Shown here piece by piece: positions 17,775 to 27,360 of a stretch of 64,000 nucleotides of DNA. The stretch is from positions 129,824-193,823 of the forward strand of contig JAXGMM010000003.1 of NCBI GenBank assembly GCA_040768685.1, written 5' to 3'. Positions within the stretch are counted from its first letter, which is position 1, and each line of letters begins with the position of its first letter. Position numbers and translations under genes: made by a program. This stretch comes from Anaerolineae bacterium (lineage in GTDB: Bacteria > Chloroflexota > Anaerolineae > DRVO01). The notes beneath the pieces are model-generated. The model worked only from the letters and a program-made list of their open reading frames with translations, was not told the origin of the DNA and searched no databases.

Positions 17775-18325
17775 ACCCGCGGCCTATCGCCGCGCGGGCC
17801 CGCCAGAAAGACCTCGCGCACTATCCGAACCCCCCGCTCTGCGCAGAACGAGCGGAAGTCGGCGATGGTGAGCAGACGCGTTGCCGGTGAATCGTACCAG
17901 CGGTAATCCAGGCTCCTCTGCCACGGCATCCGCCCGGTCAGCAGCAATTGGGCGCGCGCCCGCCAGTGGCCGCAGTTGGGAAAGCCGACCAGCACCGCCT
18001 TGCCCACCCGCCGCATCTCGTCCATGACCAGTCCGGGGTTTGCCAGGGCTTGCAGCGTCTGGTTGAGAATCACCCAGTCGAAGGAGCCGTCACGATAATC
18101 TGCCAGCCCCTGGTCCAGGTCGCCCTGCACCACGCTTAGCCCGCGCGCGATCGCCGCCTGCACGCCGTCCTGCGACAACTCGACGCCCGCGCCGCGCGCT
18201 CCCTTCTCGGCAATGAGGCGCGACAGGAGCAACCCGTCTCCGCAGCCGAGGTCGAGCACGCGGGAGCCTCGCTCCACCAGGTCGACGATGACATCGTAGG
18301 CCAGCCGGTCCGCCTCGCCGCTCAT
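17696..18325 (-). CDS. metW: methionine biosynthesis protein MetW
   Basis: [15 protein letters not shown] MTase-like motif. Family-typical [21 protein letters not shown]. Lies immediately downstream of metX, with a 4-nt overlap. Confidence 0.8.
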   Translation of the reverse strand: MSGEADRLAYDVIVDLVERGSRVLDLGCGDGLLLSRLIAEKGARGAGVELSQDGVQAAIARGLSVVQGDLDQGLADYRDGSFDWVILNQTLQALANPGLVMDEMRRVGKAVLVGFPNCGHWRARAQLLLTGRMPWQRSLDYRWYDSPATRLLTIADFRSFCAERGVRIVREVFLAGPRGDRPRVWPNLRAETGIFVLAGTQGGQTGRGL

Positions 18326-19470
18326 GCTATGCCGTTCTCCCGCGCCACCCCGGCCAGGAAGTTGCCGATCAGCCGCTCCTGCTCCTCGACCTCAAGCAGG
18401 AAGGCGTCATGGCCATAGTCGGATGTCATCTCGCAATAGGACACGTCGAGGTTGTTGACCTTAAGGGCGCTGACGATCTCGCGTGACTGCGACGGGAGGT
18501 ACAGCCAGTCCGAGGTGAAGGCGATCACCAGGAACTTGGCGGTCACGTCGCGCAGCGCCTCCGCCAGTGATCCCTTGCTCGCTCCCAGGTCGAAGTAGTC
18601 GATCGCCTTGGTTATGTAGAGATAGGTGTTGGCGTCGAACCGCTGCGTGAATTTGTCGCCCTGGTAGTAGAGGTAGCTCTCCACCTGAAACTCGGTGGCA
18701 AAGTCGTACCCGTAGCGCTCGCGGTCTTGCAGCCGGCGGCCGAACTTGCGCCGCATGGAGACTTCGCTCAGGTAAGTGATGTGCCCTACCATGCGCGCCA
18801 GCGCCAGCCCATCCAGGGGCGGATCGCCGAAGCCGTAGTAGTTGCCGCCCCGCCAATTGGGGTCGGACATGATCGCGCGGCGGCCGACCACATCGAAGGC
18901 GATGCCCTGAGACGACTGCTGGGCCGCGGTGGCGATGGGGATAGCGCTCAGCACCATCTCCGGGTAGTCGACCGCCCACTGCAGCACCTGCATCCCGCCC
19001 ATGCTGCCGCCGCTGACGCACATCAGCCGCTCGATGCCCAAGTGCCGCACCAACTCCCGCTGCACCCGCACCATGTCGGCGATCGTCACCACCGGGAACG
19101 ACAGACCGTAAGGGCTGCCGGTGCGCGGGTTGGTCGACGACGGGCCGGTAGAGCCCATGCAACCGCCAATGACGTTCGAGCAGATGGCGAAGTACTTCTC
19201 GGTGTCGAAACCCTTGCCCGGGCCCACCATGTCGTCCCACCAGCCTGGCTTGGCGTCCTCCGGGGTGTTGCGGCCGGCCGCGTGCGCGTCGCCCGAGAGG
19301 GCATGGCACAGCAGTATGGCGTTGGATCGGTCGGCGTTGAGGGTGCCGTAGGTCTCGTAAGCGACGGTCACCGGCCCAAGCTTCTCGCCGCTATCCAGCC
19401 ACAACTCGTTTGGCGGCTCAAACAACCGCACGTATTGGGTCTCGACCAAACCAACACTTCGCTGCTGCAT
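18322..19470 (-). CDS. metX: homoserine O-acetyltransferase
   Basis: Alpha/beta hydrolase with [17 protein letters not shown] and nucleophile elbow [15 protein letters not shown]. Start placed at [10 protein letters not shown], an ATG with RBS AGAGGT. The track ORF begins at an upstream TTG. Confidence 0.85.
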   Translation of the reverse strand: MQQRSVGLVETQYVRLFEPPNELWLDSGEKLGPVTVAYETYGTLNADRSNAILLCHALSGDAHAAGRNTPEDAKPGWWDDMVGPGKGFDTEKYFAICSNVIGGCMGSTGPSSTNPRTGSPYGLSFPVVTIADMVRVQRELVRHLGIERLMCVSGGSMGGMQVLQWAVDYPEMVLSAIPIATAAQQSSQGIAFDVVGRRAIMSDPNWRGGNYYGFGDPPLDGLALARMVGHITYLSEVSMRRKFGRRLQDRERYGYDFATEFQVESYLYYQGDKFTQRFDANTYLYITKAIDYFDLGASKGSLAEALRDVTAKFLVIAFTSDWLYLPSQSREIVSALKVNNLDVSYCEMTSDYGHDAFLLEVEEQERLIGNFLAGVARENGIA

Positions 19471-19558
19471 CGGGCGTGATACCTCTAAGTAAGTAAATGG
19501 AGCCGCGAGCGGCTGCGGCGCCGGTCGGCTCCATACACGGGGCAAAGGCTTGTCTCAC
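19471..19558 (-). promoter_or_regulatory. metX 5' leader with terminator-like hairpin (candidate Met/SAM-responsive attenuator or small riboswitch)
   Basis: The leader RNA starts GGUCGG and later contains CCGACC (P1-like pairing). A long GC hairpin GGAGCCG...GCCGCAGCCGCUCGCGGCUCC is followed by the U-rich AUUUACUUACUU just before the RBS. P1 overlaps the hairpin 5' strand, so the two structures are mutually exclusive. Confidence 0.35.
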
Positions 19559-19564
19559 CGACCA

Positions 19565-19593
19565 AATCTACGGGGGCAAGTCGACAATGTCAA
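19565..19593 (-). promoter_or_regulatory. sigma70 promoter of metX-metW (TTGACA - 17 nt - TAGATT)
   Basis: Read on the minus strand: TTGACAttgtcgacttgcccccgTAGATT. The -35 is plus 19588-19593 and the -10 is plus 19565-19570. Confidence 0.5.
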
Positions 19594-19699
19594 GTGCGGG
19601 CAGGTCGCTCGGCTCTGGCCGAGGCGCCTTGACCGCCACTTGCACCACCCTACAATGCGGCCGGATTCCAACAGCGGACGCCATCGAACAGCGAGTCAC

Positions 19700-20281
19700 A
19701 TGGAAGGTGTGTCGAACATCCAACTCCAGATGGTCTGGCCCAGGGGCCTGCAGCCGCGGGCAGCGGCCTCGCTCTTGCACCCCGACTATCGTCTTCGCCT
19801 CTTCCAGTCCGGCGACGAGCCCGCCTTCTTCACTCTGATGGCGCGAGCCGGCTGGCCGGGATGGGATGAGGAGCGGCTCGCGCCCTGGCGGCCGCGGGTC
19901 GTACCGCATAGCTGGTACGTGGCCGAGCACCGGTCCACAGGGCTGCTTGCCGCCACCGCAATGGGCCTCGACGACCCCACCGAGTGGCATCCCGCCGGCG
20001 GAGAGCTGGGCTGGGTAGCGGCTGACCCTGACCACTGGGGGCGAGGCCTGGGCATGGCTGTGTGTGCCGCCGTGACCGCCCGCCTGCTGGCGGAGGGCTA
20101 CCGTGACGTGCACCTCTACACTGAGGACTTCCGGTTGGCGGCGCTCAAGACCTACCTGAAGCTGGGGTACCTGCCGTTCGTCCTCGCCCCCGACGTCCTT
20201 CCCCGCTGGCAGGACGTGTGCGGGCGGCTGGCGTGGCCTTACACGCCTGCCCTATGGCCCACAACGGCGACAGGAACATGA
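19700..20281 (+). CDS. GNAT-family N-acetyltransferase
   Basis: GWVAADPDHWGRGLGMAVCAAVTARL matches the acetyl-CoA-binding motif A (Q/RxxGxG/A). Start chosen at MEGVSNIQ. The track ORF starts further upstream at 19550. Confidence 0.6.
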   Translation: MEGVSNIQLQMVWPRGLQPRAAASLLHPDYRLRLFQSGDEPAFFTLMARAGWPGWDEERLAPWRPRVVPHSWYVAEHRSTGLLAATAMGLDDPTEWHPAGGELGWVAADPDHWGRGLGMAVCAAVTARLLAEGYRDVHLYTEDFRLAALKTYLKLGYLPFVLAPDVLPRWQDVCGRLAWPYTPALWPTTATGT

Positions 20282-21465
20282 TGTCAGCGACGCGCGAGCA
20301 GGTCATCGCCTTCCGCCTGAGGAACCACCACCTGGCCGAGCGCCTGTCCCCCGGCGACCATCTGGCGGCGCTGGCAGCTTGCGGTGTGCAGGACTCCCCT
20401 CCCGGTTCGGCGGCGCTCTCTCTTCACGCCCGCGTGTGGGACCTTCAGCCTGACGATGCGGACCGGCTGCTGCAGACCCGGGCGGCCGTGCAGATCTGGG
20501 CCATGCGCGCCGCTCCATACTTGATCCGGGCCGCCGACATGCCCATCTTCACCACCGGGCTGCTCCCCGACGACGATGCGGCGCTGCGCCACTACATCCA
20601 GGGCGCCACCGACCACCTGGCAGAACTGGCGCTGACCGCGGCCGAGGCGGTCCGGCTCACGGGCGCCGCCTTGCCCGAGGCTCTCTCCGGCCGCAGCCTC
20701 ACCAAGGATGCTCTGGCAGCAGCGCTCGCGTCGGCGGTCGCCCCTGCCCTCACGGCAAAGCAGCGAGCCCTGTGGGTCTCCCCCGACGGGTGGCGCTCCA
20801 ACACCCACGGTGAGACCGTGGTCCGCTTCGCCCTCAGCGTGCTGTCGCTTCAGGGGCGCCTCTGCCTTCTGCCGGGCAAGGGCGGCGCCGCCACCGAGAT
20901 CGTCCTTGCCGGCGACTGGGTCACCTTGGCGCCGGCGGCCATGCCGCGCGAGGAGGCCGCCGCTGAACTTCTACGACGCTACCTGCACTGCTACGGCCCG
21001 TCGACGGCGGCGGACTACGCTCTCTGGGCTGGCATCTCCCGCCCGCAGGCCGACCGCGCCTGGGCGCCACTGTCAACGGCGCTCGAACCGGTGTCGGTGG
21101 AAGGGAAGGAGCGCTGGCTCCTGACCGACGATCGGCCGGCGTTGCAGCACGCCCGCATGCCCCAGGGAGTGCGCCTGCTGCCGCCGCACGACCCCTACCT
21201 CCAGGCGCGGGAGCGTCTCCTTCTGGTGGCCGAGCCGGCGCGGCGACAACTGACTTGGCAGACGGTAGGCAGCCCTGGCGTCGTGCTCGTCGACGGTGAG
21301 ATCGCCGGCGTCTGGCGGCCGAAGAAGCGGGGCAAGTCGCTCACCGTCAGCGTGCAGCCATTTCGCCCGGTCGACCCGGGGCTGCAGGCGAGCCTAGAGG
21401 CCGAGGCGGAGAGCCTGGGCCCGTTCCGCGGTGCTGACAGCGTGGCACTCCGCATCGAAGGCTGA
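20278..21465 (+). CDS. winged-helix DNA-binding protein of the YcaQ/AlkZ-like (DUF1006) family, putative DNA glycosylase for crosslink repair
   Basis: N-terminal REQVIAFRLRNHHL and overall length/composition resemble the YcaQ family. Assignment is from memory of family conservation; no catalytic motif verified. Confidence 0.45.
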   Translation: MMSATREQVIAFRLRNHHLAERLSPGDHLAALAACGVQDSPPGSAALSLHARVWDLQPDDADRLLQTRAAVQIWAMRAAPYLIRAADMPIFTTGLLPDDDAALRHYIQGATDHLAELALTAAEAVRLTGAALPEALSGRSLTKDALAAALASAVAPALTAKQRALWVSPDGWRSNTHGETVVRFALSVLSLQGRLCLLPGKGGAATEIVLAGDWVTLAPAAMPREEAAAELLRRYLHCYGPSTAADYALWAGISRPQADRAWAPLSTALEPVSVEGKERWLLTDDRPALQHARMPQGVRLLPPHDPYLQARERLLLVAEPARRQLTWQTVGSPGVVLVDGEIAGVWRPKKRGKSLTVSVQPFRPVDPGLQASLEAEAESLGPFRGADSVALRIEG

Positions 21466-21532
21466 CGCCAAAGCGCGGCGCGGGAACCATTCCCGTGCCG
21501 CGCGTGTCCCACCCCGCATTGGCTGCGGCCAA

Positions 21533-22675
21533 CTATCGCCAGGGCGCCACCGTGTTGGCCGGGATCACCTCTCCGCCCAGGATCGTCCAGCGCGGCACAA
21601 GAGTCCGCTCCGCGACCCGCCGGCTCTGGAAGCAGTCCTCGAAGCGGAACCGCCCCTCGACCTCCTCCAGCACGGTCACGTCCGCCTTGCGGCCCGGTGC
21701 CAGCGACCCGGCCTCGCCATCGAGCCGGACGGCGCGGGCGGCGTCGACGGTCACCCGGCGCACCACCTCGTCGAGCGTCAGGCCCAGGTCGAGGAACTTG
21801 GCCATGGTAGTGGGCAGGTCGTAGACCGGTCCGTGTTCGCTGTAGACGTGCAAGTCGCTGCTGATGGTGTTGGGCATAAAGCCCTGCTCCAGGCAGGCCT
21901 CCATCACCGCGAAGGAGAAGCTGCCCGCGCCGTGTCCGACATCGAACAGCACGCCACGCCGCTGCGCCTCCCGCAGGCCCGCCAGCACTCGTCCGCAGTC
22001 GTCGAGGGCGCCGTGGCGCCAGCCGTGGAAGGTGTGCGTCACGATGTCGCCCGGGCGCAGCATGGCCGCCAGTTCGTCTAGCGGTGCCGGCGTGTTGCCC
22101 ACGTGCACCATAACCGGCAGGCCCAGCAACTCGGCGGCGGCCAGCGCCCGCCGCAGCGGCTCCATGCCGCTCTCCCCCACGCGCGCCTTGTCCTGCCGCA
22201 CCTTCACGCCCACGATGTGCTGTGGGTAGTCCCGCGCCAAGGCCACGCAGGCGCCCACGTCCAGCCAACGCAGGTCCACGCTCTCGCCCAGGGCGTCGGT
22301 CAGCATACCCATGCCGCTGATGAGTATGAAGGCCTTCACTCGCATGCGGGATGCTTCCAGGACCTGGCGCCGCATAGCAGGCCAGATGCATCGCCCGGCG
22401 GTGCCTGCGTCCACCGCCGTGGTCACACCGGTGGCCAGGCAGGCGCGATCCAGGTCGAGGCCGTAGTGGGAGACGTGTGGCAACCCGTGGACGTGGATGT
22501 CCACCAGGCCGGGTGTGACGATCATCCCGCCGGCGTCCACCTCCCGGCGAGCGTCGCCGCTCACCTGCGGCTCGATGCCCTGCACCACGCCGTCGCTCAC
22601 CGCCACGTCCGCTCGGCGGTGGATGCCCTGTGACGGATCCACCACGGTTCCGCCTCGAATCACCAAGTCGTACAT
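21533..22675 (-). CDS. amidohydrolase-family protein (dihydroorotase / D-aminoacylase-like metal hydrolase)
   Basis: MYDLVIRGGTVVDP...GGMIVTPGLVDIHVHG shows the classic HxH of the amidohydrolase superfamily. Later HTFHG and FDVGHG motifs. Start taken at MYDLVIRG. Confidence 0.7.
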   Translation of the reverse strand: MYDLVIRGGTVVDPSQGIHRRADVAVSDGVVQGIEPQVSGDARREVDAGGMIVTPGLVDIHVHGLPHVSHYGLDLDRACLATGVTTAVDAGTAGRCIWPAMRRQVLEASRMRVKAFILISGMGMLTDALGESVDLRWLDVGACVALARDYPQHIVGVKVRQDKARVGESGMEPLRRALAAAELLGLPVMVHVGNTPAPLDELAAMLRPGDIVTHTFHGWRHGALDDCGRVLAGLREAQRRGVLFDVGHGAGSFSFAVMEACLEQGFMPNTISSDLHVYSEHGPVYDLPTTMAKFLDLGLTLDEVVRRVTVDAARAVRLDGEAGSLAPGRKADVTVLEEVEGRFRFEDCFQSRRVAERTLVPRWTILGGEVIPANTVAPWR

Positions 22676-22721
22676 GAAACCTGCCCCCTCTCTCAGTGAG
22701 GCGCCTCTTTGGCGACTTCGA

Positions 22722-25265
22722 CTAGCCGTTCTCCATTCCGCTGGCGCTGCCGGCGCGCTCGGTGTCGAGTCCCAGCCCAAATGCCGCCAGTTCGACCCGG
22801 ATAGTGCGAATCTCGTGCGGCCGGAACTCAAGCCGTACCTCGCCGCCGCTCCACTCGACCCGACCCTCCCGCTTCGGCTGCTCCAGGTGATCCGTCTCCT
22901 CCACCAACGCCACGTCCAGTGGGAAGGCGATTCGTGCCGTCGTCGCCAGGCCGTCCGTCTCGTAGAAGCGTAGTATGAGGGCCCCCTTGGTCCACTGCCC
23001 CTGCTCCAACTTCAGCGCTGTGAGGACGACGTTGGCCGGCTGCACGTCGGCCAGCGCCAAAGACTCGGGCAGGGCCGCCTTGAGCCCGGGCGCTCCCCAG
23101 GGCGAGAGCACACCGGCACGCTTCATCTCCTGGCGAGTGACGAGCGGCAGGTTGGTCTCCAGACCGCGACGAGTCCCCGCCGCCGGCGTCCAGTCTGGCC
23201 CGTGCGGGAAAAGGGCGTACTCGATCTCGTGCTCGCCCTCGTCTGAGTTGGGGTCCAGGTCGCCGATGCCGCGCAGCAGCGTCAGCCGCAGGCAACCGTC
23301 GCGATAGTCGTGGCCGTAGACGCTGCGGCTGGTCAACGTGACGCCGCCGCGGCCGTCGGTGACGTCCGCCCAACGGTGCGCCGGCACCTCCTCCTCCGAC
23401 GCATCCCGCTGAATGCTGCCAAACTGCACGTCGTAGGTGGCGGCGCCGGCATCCGTAGCCAGGGCGAAAGCCACCTTGAGGGCAGCATCTCGCTCGTACC
23501 AGTGGCAGAAAGTGCGGAAGAATACGCCCGGCACGCCATCGTACAGGGTGACCTGCCGATCGACGTAGGAGTCGCGCAGCCAAGTCCGCGCCGAGATGGT
23601 CACGCGCACCGGTCCACGCTCGAGGACGCTGACCTCGGCCGCCGGCCAGTCGGTCTGGACCTCGCCGGTGGGCCAGTATATCCAAGCGCTGGCGAACTGC
23701 GGGTCCTCGGCGAGAAGGTGCAGGGCGTTCGCCGGGCCACTAAGCACTTGCCGCCCGGTCAGCTTGTCCTCGATCCCGACGATGTCGCCCGAAGTAGCGT
23801 CGAACCGCACCCGCAGGTACTGATTCTCCAGGGCGTCGGCGCCGGCACGCAGGCCCGTGGCAGCCTCCTGGTCACCGCCGGCGTGGAGGCGGTAGAGGCG
23901 GTAGCCGAGGGAAGGCAGATCGCGCACGACGAAAGCCACCTGCGCCTTCGTCCACGGACCGTCGGCCTCCTGGCGTACCACCTGAACCGGAGTCGCTCGT
24001 CCCTCCTCGTCCACCAGCACCGGCCGGCGCGGCGGCTGCTTCAGGCGCAACTCGGCCGTCCCCGGGCCGGTCCGGGCCCAGGCGGTGGGGTTGTACACCA
24101 CCACGGGCACTCCATCGCCGCGCGTGTCCAGGCGGGCGCCCAACTCACCCATGGACGTCACAATGAGGTCGTCCAGGTCGCGACCGAGTTCCGCGTACTC
24201 CCGGGCATTGTCCAAGTAGACCGGCCGCCGGGAGGTGCCGGGAATGTCGTCGTGGAAGGTGTGCAGCAGCACCGACTGCCAGGCGGCGTCGTAGTCGACA
24301 CGAGGGTAGACTGGCTTGCGCTGCAAGAGCGAACTGAGCACTCCCAGCCGCTCCGCCGTCAGCAGGCGGTGCTCCAGCGCCCGCAACTGCCGCTTAGCCC
24401 GCGCCTGGGAGGTGAAGGGACCACGCTGCGCGTCAAGCAGTTCGCCGGCGAAGTGATAGTCGCGGCCGGTGCGTCGGGTGACTGCGGCCATGCGCCGCTT
24501 GAGGGTGTCGAAGAACCCGTCGGGGCTAGCGTGAACGAACTTCGGCGCCCCCCGCTTCGCGCGCATTGCCTTCAGCGCATCCAGGTCGCCCTGCCGCGGC
24601 CCGCCGCCGTGGTCGCCCATTCCGTAGAGCACCAGCACGTCGGTGAGCCCGGTGGCCTCCTCCCACAGCGGGAGCATCTCCAGCACCTGCGGGGACAGGG
24701 CGATGCCGTACCCCAAGGGAGCCTTGCAGGTCAGCACCTTCGACCCGTCGGGCCCCTCCCAGATGAAGGCTGGCTTGTCCTTGGGGGTGGCGCGGATCAT
24801 CAGCAAGTAGCGAATGCCGCACCCGGCCATGATCGTGGGCAGCGTGTGGGGATGGCCCGAGAAGGAGTCCGGGCACCAGTCCACGGATATGTCGCCCAAC
24901 CAGCCCTGCGCCTCGAGGTACTGCCGGCCCAGAAGGTAGTGGCGGATGATGCATTCGTCGCCGGTGAGCATATGATCGTACTCGGCCCACCCCCCGACCA
25001 CTGACCAGCGGTCCGTCTCGACGGCCTCCTCGATTCGCCGGAACAGGCTCGGGTGTCGCTTCTGCATGGCCTGATAGAGGGCCATCTGGCTCTGGACGAA
25101 GGTGACATCGAGATCGTCCCTCATCAGCTTCAGCACGCCCCTGAAGGTATCCGGCCCCACTCGCTCCACTACCTCGTTCAGCCGCCAGCGGTAGACCAGA
25201 TCGATGTGGGCATTGCCTAACAGGTGCACCGTGAACCTGGACAGATCCGTGCCCATGCGTCCCAC
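22722..25265 (-). CDS. glycoside hydrolase family 38 alpha-mannosidase
   Basis: 847 aa. N-terminal HLLGNAHIDLVYRW is the GH38 signature (HxHxD.W). Central and C-terminal GH38 domains are of appropriate length. Confidence 0.85.
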   Translation of the reverse strand: MGRMGTDLSRFTVHLLGNAHIDLVYRWRLNEVVERVGPDTFRGVLKLMRDDLDVTFVQSQMALYQAMQKRHPSLFRRIEEAVETDRWSVVGGWAEYDHMLTGDECIIRHYLLGRQYLEAQGWLGDISVDWCPDSFSGHPHTLPTIMAGCGIRYLLMIRATPKDKPAFIWEGPDGSKVLTCKAPLGYGIALSPQVLEMLPLWEEATGLTDVLVLYGMGDHGGGPRQGDLDALKAMRAKRGAPKFVHASPDGFFDTLKRRMAAVTRRTGRDYHFAGELLDAQRGPFTSQARAKRQLRALEHRLLTAERLGVLSSLLQRKPVYPRVDYDAAWQSVLLHTFHDDIPGTSRRPVYLDNAREYAELGRDLDDLIVTSMGELGARLDTRGDGVPVVVYNPTAWARTGPGTAELRLKQPPRRPVLVDEEGRATPVQVVRQEADGPWTKAQVAFVVRDLPSLGYRLYRLHAGGDQEAATGLRAGADALENQYLRVRFDATSGDIVGIEDKLTGRQVLSGPANALHLLAEDPQFASAWIYWPTGEVQTDWPAAEVSVLERGPVRVTISARTWLRDSYVDRQVTLYDGVPGVFFRTFCHWYERDAALKVAFALATDAGAATYDVQFGSIQRDASEEEVPAHRWADVTDGRGGVTLTSRSVYGHDYRDGCLRLTLLRGIGDLDPNSDEGEHEIEYALFPHGPDWTPAAGTRRGLETNLPLVTRQEMKRAGVLSPWGAPGLKAALPESLALADVQPANVVLTALKLEQGQWTKGALILRFYETDGLATTARIAFPLDVALVEETDHLEQPKREGRVEWSGGEVRLEFRPHEIRTIRVELAAFGLGLDTERAGSASGMENG

Positions 25266-25314
25266 TCCTCTCCTGTGTTACCATGCGCCCGCGGCGCACC
25301 GCCCGCAATCATAG

Positions 25315-26088
25315 ATGCCTGGCGACGGTCCGACAACGTACCGTTGCCGGAGACGGGGAGCCAGTCGGAGGGTGACAGGCAAGCGAGAGTCGGATCTGTA
25401 CGCGCCGGTACGCGACTACCTAGTCGACCAGGGATTCGACGTACAAGCGGAGGTGCATGGGTGCGACGTGACCGCCAGGCGGGGCGACGACTTGGTGGTC
25501 GTCGAGCTCAAGCGCAGCCTGTCCCTCAGTCTCCTCGCCCAGGCCGTGCAGCGGCAGACCATCACTGAAAACGTCTACCTCGCGGTCCCCCGGCCGTCCG
25601 GCAGCCTGCGGCGCGGCCCCTGGCGCCGCGCCGTCGGCCTAGTGAAGCGGCTCTGCCTGGGGCTGCTGCTGGTGGGCGATGGCGAACCGGCAGTTGAGGC
25701 CGTCTGCCACCCGCTGCCCTACCGGCCCCGCCGAGACCGGCGGCGGCGACGGGCCATCCTGAGTGAGATGCGCGGCCGCTCCGGAGATTACAACACCGGG
25801 GGACGGGTCGGGCAGCTGGTGATGACGGCCTACCGCGAACAGGCCCTCTGTATCGCGCGCCGCTTGGCGGTGGCCGGCCCCTGCGCGCCCAGCCAACTGC
25901 GCCGGCTCGGATGCAGCCACAAGACGCAATCCATCCTCTACCACAACCATTATGGCTGGTTTGACCGCGTCGACCGCGGTCTCTACGCCCTTTCCCCTGC
26001 CGGGAAAGAGGCTCTAGTCGAGCACGCCGCCGTCCCCGATCCCCTTGCCGATCCACCGTCCCACGCCGGCCTCGAGCCTGCCACTTAA
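25315..26088 (+). CDS. hypothetical protein with N-terminal PD-(D/E)xK nuclease-like (YraN/UPF0102-like) domain
   Basis: DLYAPVRDYLVDQGFDVQAEVHGCDVTARRGDDLVVVELK carries the E...D...ELK pattern of the restriction-endonuclease-like fold. C-terminal about 170 aa is unassigned. Confidence 0.4.
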   Translation: MPGDGPTTYRCRRRGASRRVTGKRESDLYAPVRDYLVDQGFDVQAEVHGCDVTARRGDDLVVVELKRSLSLSLLAQAVQRQTITENVYLAVPRPSGSLRRGPWRRAVGLVKRLCLGLLLVGDGEPAVEAVCHPLPYRPRRDRRRRRAILSEMRGRSGDYNTGGRVGQLVMTAYREQALCIARRLAVAGPCAPSQLRRLGCSHKTQSILYHNHYGWFDRVDRGLYALSPAGKEALVEHAAVPDPLADPPSHAGLEPAT

Positions 26089-26219
26089 CACCCGCCGGCC
26101 CGGCCGGTATACTCCCAGCTCGTCAGCGTCAGAGTCAACGGCGCCACCGTCCGCGGGCCTCCCATGCCTCGGAGGCGGACCCGGATCCTCTGCACCTTCG
26201 GCATTTCACCCCTGATGCG

Positions 26220-26585
26220 ATGCCGGCGTACGGCCGGGCGGCGTGGAGGCGCGGCTTGAAGACCATCCTGCTCCTCATCATCTCCAACCTGTTTATGACC
26301 TTCGCATGGTACGGACACCTCAAGTACAAGTCCGCCCCGCTGGTGCGCGTGATCTTCGTGAGTTGGGGCATCGCCTTCCTCGAGTACTGCTTCCAGGTGC
26401 CGGCCAACCGCATCGGCCACGGCCAGTTCACCGCCGCTCAACTGAAGGTGATCCAGGAGGTCATCACGCTCGTAGTGTTCTCCGGGTTCTCGGTCCTCTA
26501 CCTGAAGGAGAGCCTGCGCTGGAATTACATCCTCGGCTTTATCCTCATCGTGGCCGCCGTGTTCGTGATATTCAAGCGCTGGTGA
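26220..26585 (+). CDS. DMT-superfamily small membrane protein (DUF486-like)
   Basis: 121 aa with 4 TM segments. LFMTFAWYGHLKY and C-terminal FILIVAAVFVIFKRW are typical of DUF486/DMT. Confidence 0.55.
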   Translation: MPAYGRAAWRRGLKTILLLIISNLFMTFAWYGHLKYKSAPLVRVIFVSWGIAFLEYCFQVPANRIGHGQFTAAQLKVIQEVITLVVFSGFSVLYLKESLRWNYILGFILIVAAVFVIFKRW

Positions 26586-26698
26586 CGCCTCCGCTCCCGG
26601 TCGGGGCCGGTGTCGAGGTTGCGTCAACCCCTTTCCTTGAAGAAGATCATCACCGATGGGTCCCGTTTTCGGGCGCCACGCCTAGGAAGGAGTTGGAG

Positions 26699-26878
26699 AT
26701 GGCTAAGGAAGCAGTGAAGAAGAATATCGCGGTCTCAGTACGGAAGGACGGCAAGTTCGTGGTCAAGCCCGAGGGCGCTCGCTGCGCCACCAAGGTGCTG
26801 GACACGCGGGACGAGGCGCTTGCCTTCGCCCAGGAGCTGGCGGAGAAGAACGGCGTCACCGTCGTAGTGCAGGACTGA
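26699..26878 (+). CDS. DUF2188-domain small protein
   Basis: 59 aa. MAKEAVKKNIAVSVRKDGKFVVKPEGARCATKVLDTRDEALAFAQELAEKNGVTVVVQD fits the DUF2188 pattern. RBS GGAGTTGGAG precedes the ATG. Confidence 0.55.
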   Translation: MAKEAVKKNIAVSVRKDGKFVVKPEGARCATKVLDTRDEALAFAQELAEKNGVTVVVQD

Positions 26879-26926
26879 CCGACCGGTCGCGACGCGGGCC
26901 TGGGAGGGCCGACATGCCCTCCCAAA

Positions 26927-26956
26927 TTGCCTGCCCTCGCGTCAAGTCCGTATAAT
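26927..26956 (+). promoter_or_regulatory. promoter of tRNA-Ser (TTGCCT - 18 nt - TATAAT)
   Basis: A perfect -10 TATAAT at 26951-26956 lies 14 nt upstream of the tRNA 5' end. A -35-like TTGCCT is at 26927-26932. Confidence 0.45.
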
Positions 26957-26970
26957 GCCCGTGCCGTTCG

Positions 26971-27056
26971 GGAGAGGTAGCGTAGTTGGTCTAACGCGCG
27001 CGACTGGAAATCGCGTAAGGAGCGATCCTTCGCGGGTTCGAATCCCGCCCTCTCCG
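26971..27056 (+). tRNA. tRNA-Ser (anticodon GGA)
   Basis: Manual fold: acceptor GGAGAGG/CCUCUCC; D-arm GCGU-AGUUGGUCUA-ACGC; anticodon stem CGCGA/UCGCG with loop CUGGAAA (anticodon GGA); long variable arm AAGGA-GCGA-UCCUU; T-arm GCGGG-UUCGAAU-CCCGC; discriminator G. CCA is not encoded. Confidence 0.85.
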
Positions 27057-27115
27057 CCTGCTCCACTTCCCTCTTGCGACCGCCACCCCCCTGTGCTACT
27101 CTACTTCACGAGACC

Positions 27116-27360
27116 GTGCTAGGCGGGGAACTAGCGGTGCCCTGGACCCGCAATCCGCTATAGCGGGGCCGAATTCCGCCTCGAGGGCCAAGCGAGCCGA
27201 GCCTGTCTCGATAGAGTAGCGTTGAAGGTTGGGTCCTACGCGGCAGAGGGCCGCGAACCCCGTCAGGTCCGGAAGGAAGCAGCGGTAAGAGGACTTCTCT
27301 GGGTGCCGTAGGAGAACCTGGCCCGAGTTGCTCATCGAGGTAAGTTGGCACCGCTGGTGC
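27116..27360 (+). ncRNA. ffs: signal recognition particle RNA (long, Alu-domain-containing form)
   Basis: Contains the universally conserved domain IV sequence GUCAGGUCCGGAAGGAAGCAGC at 27263-27283. 5' GUGCUAG pairs with 3' CUGGUGC. Length of about 245 nt fits the long SRP RNA form. Ends are approximate. Confidence 0.75.

Noticed and set aside
23310-25004. 564-aa plus-strand ORF antisense to the GH38 alpha-mannosidase gene
   Set aside because: Lies entirely inside a strongly supported minus-strand gene. Its composition is Arg/Gly/Ala/Pro-rich with no motifs. Long antisense ORFs are expected by chance at this GC content.
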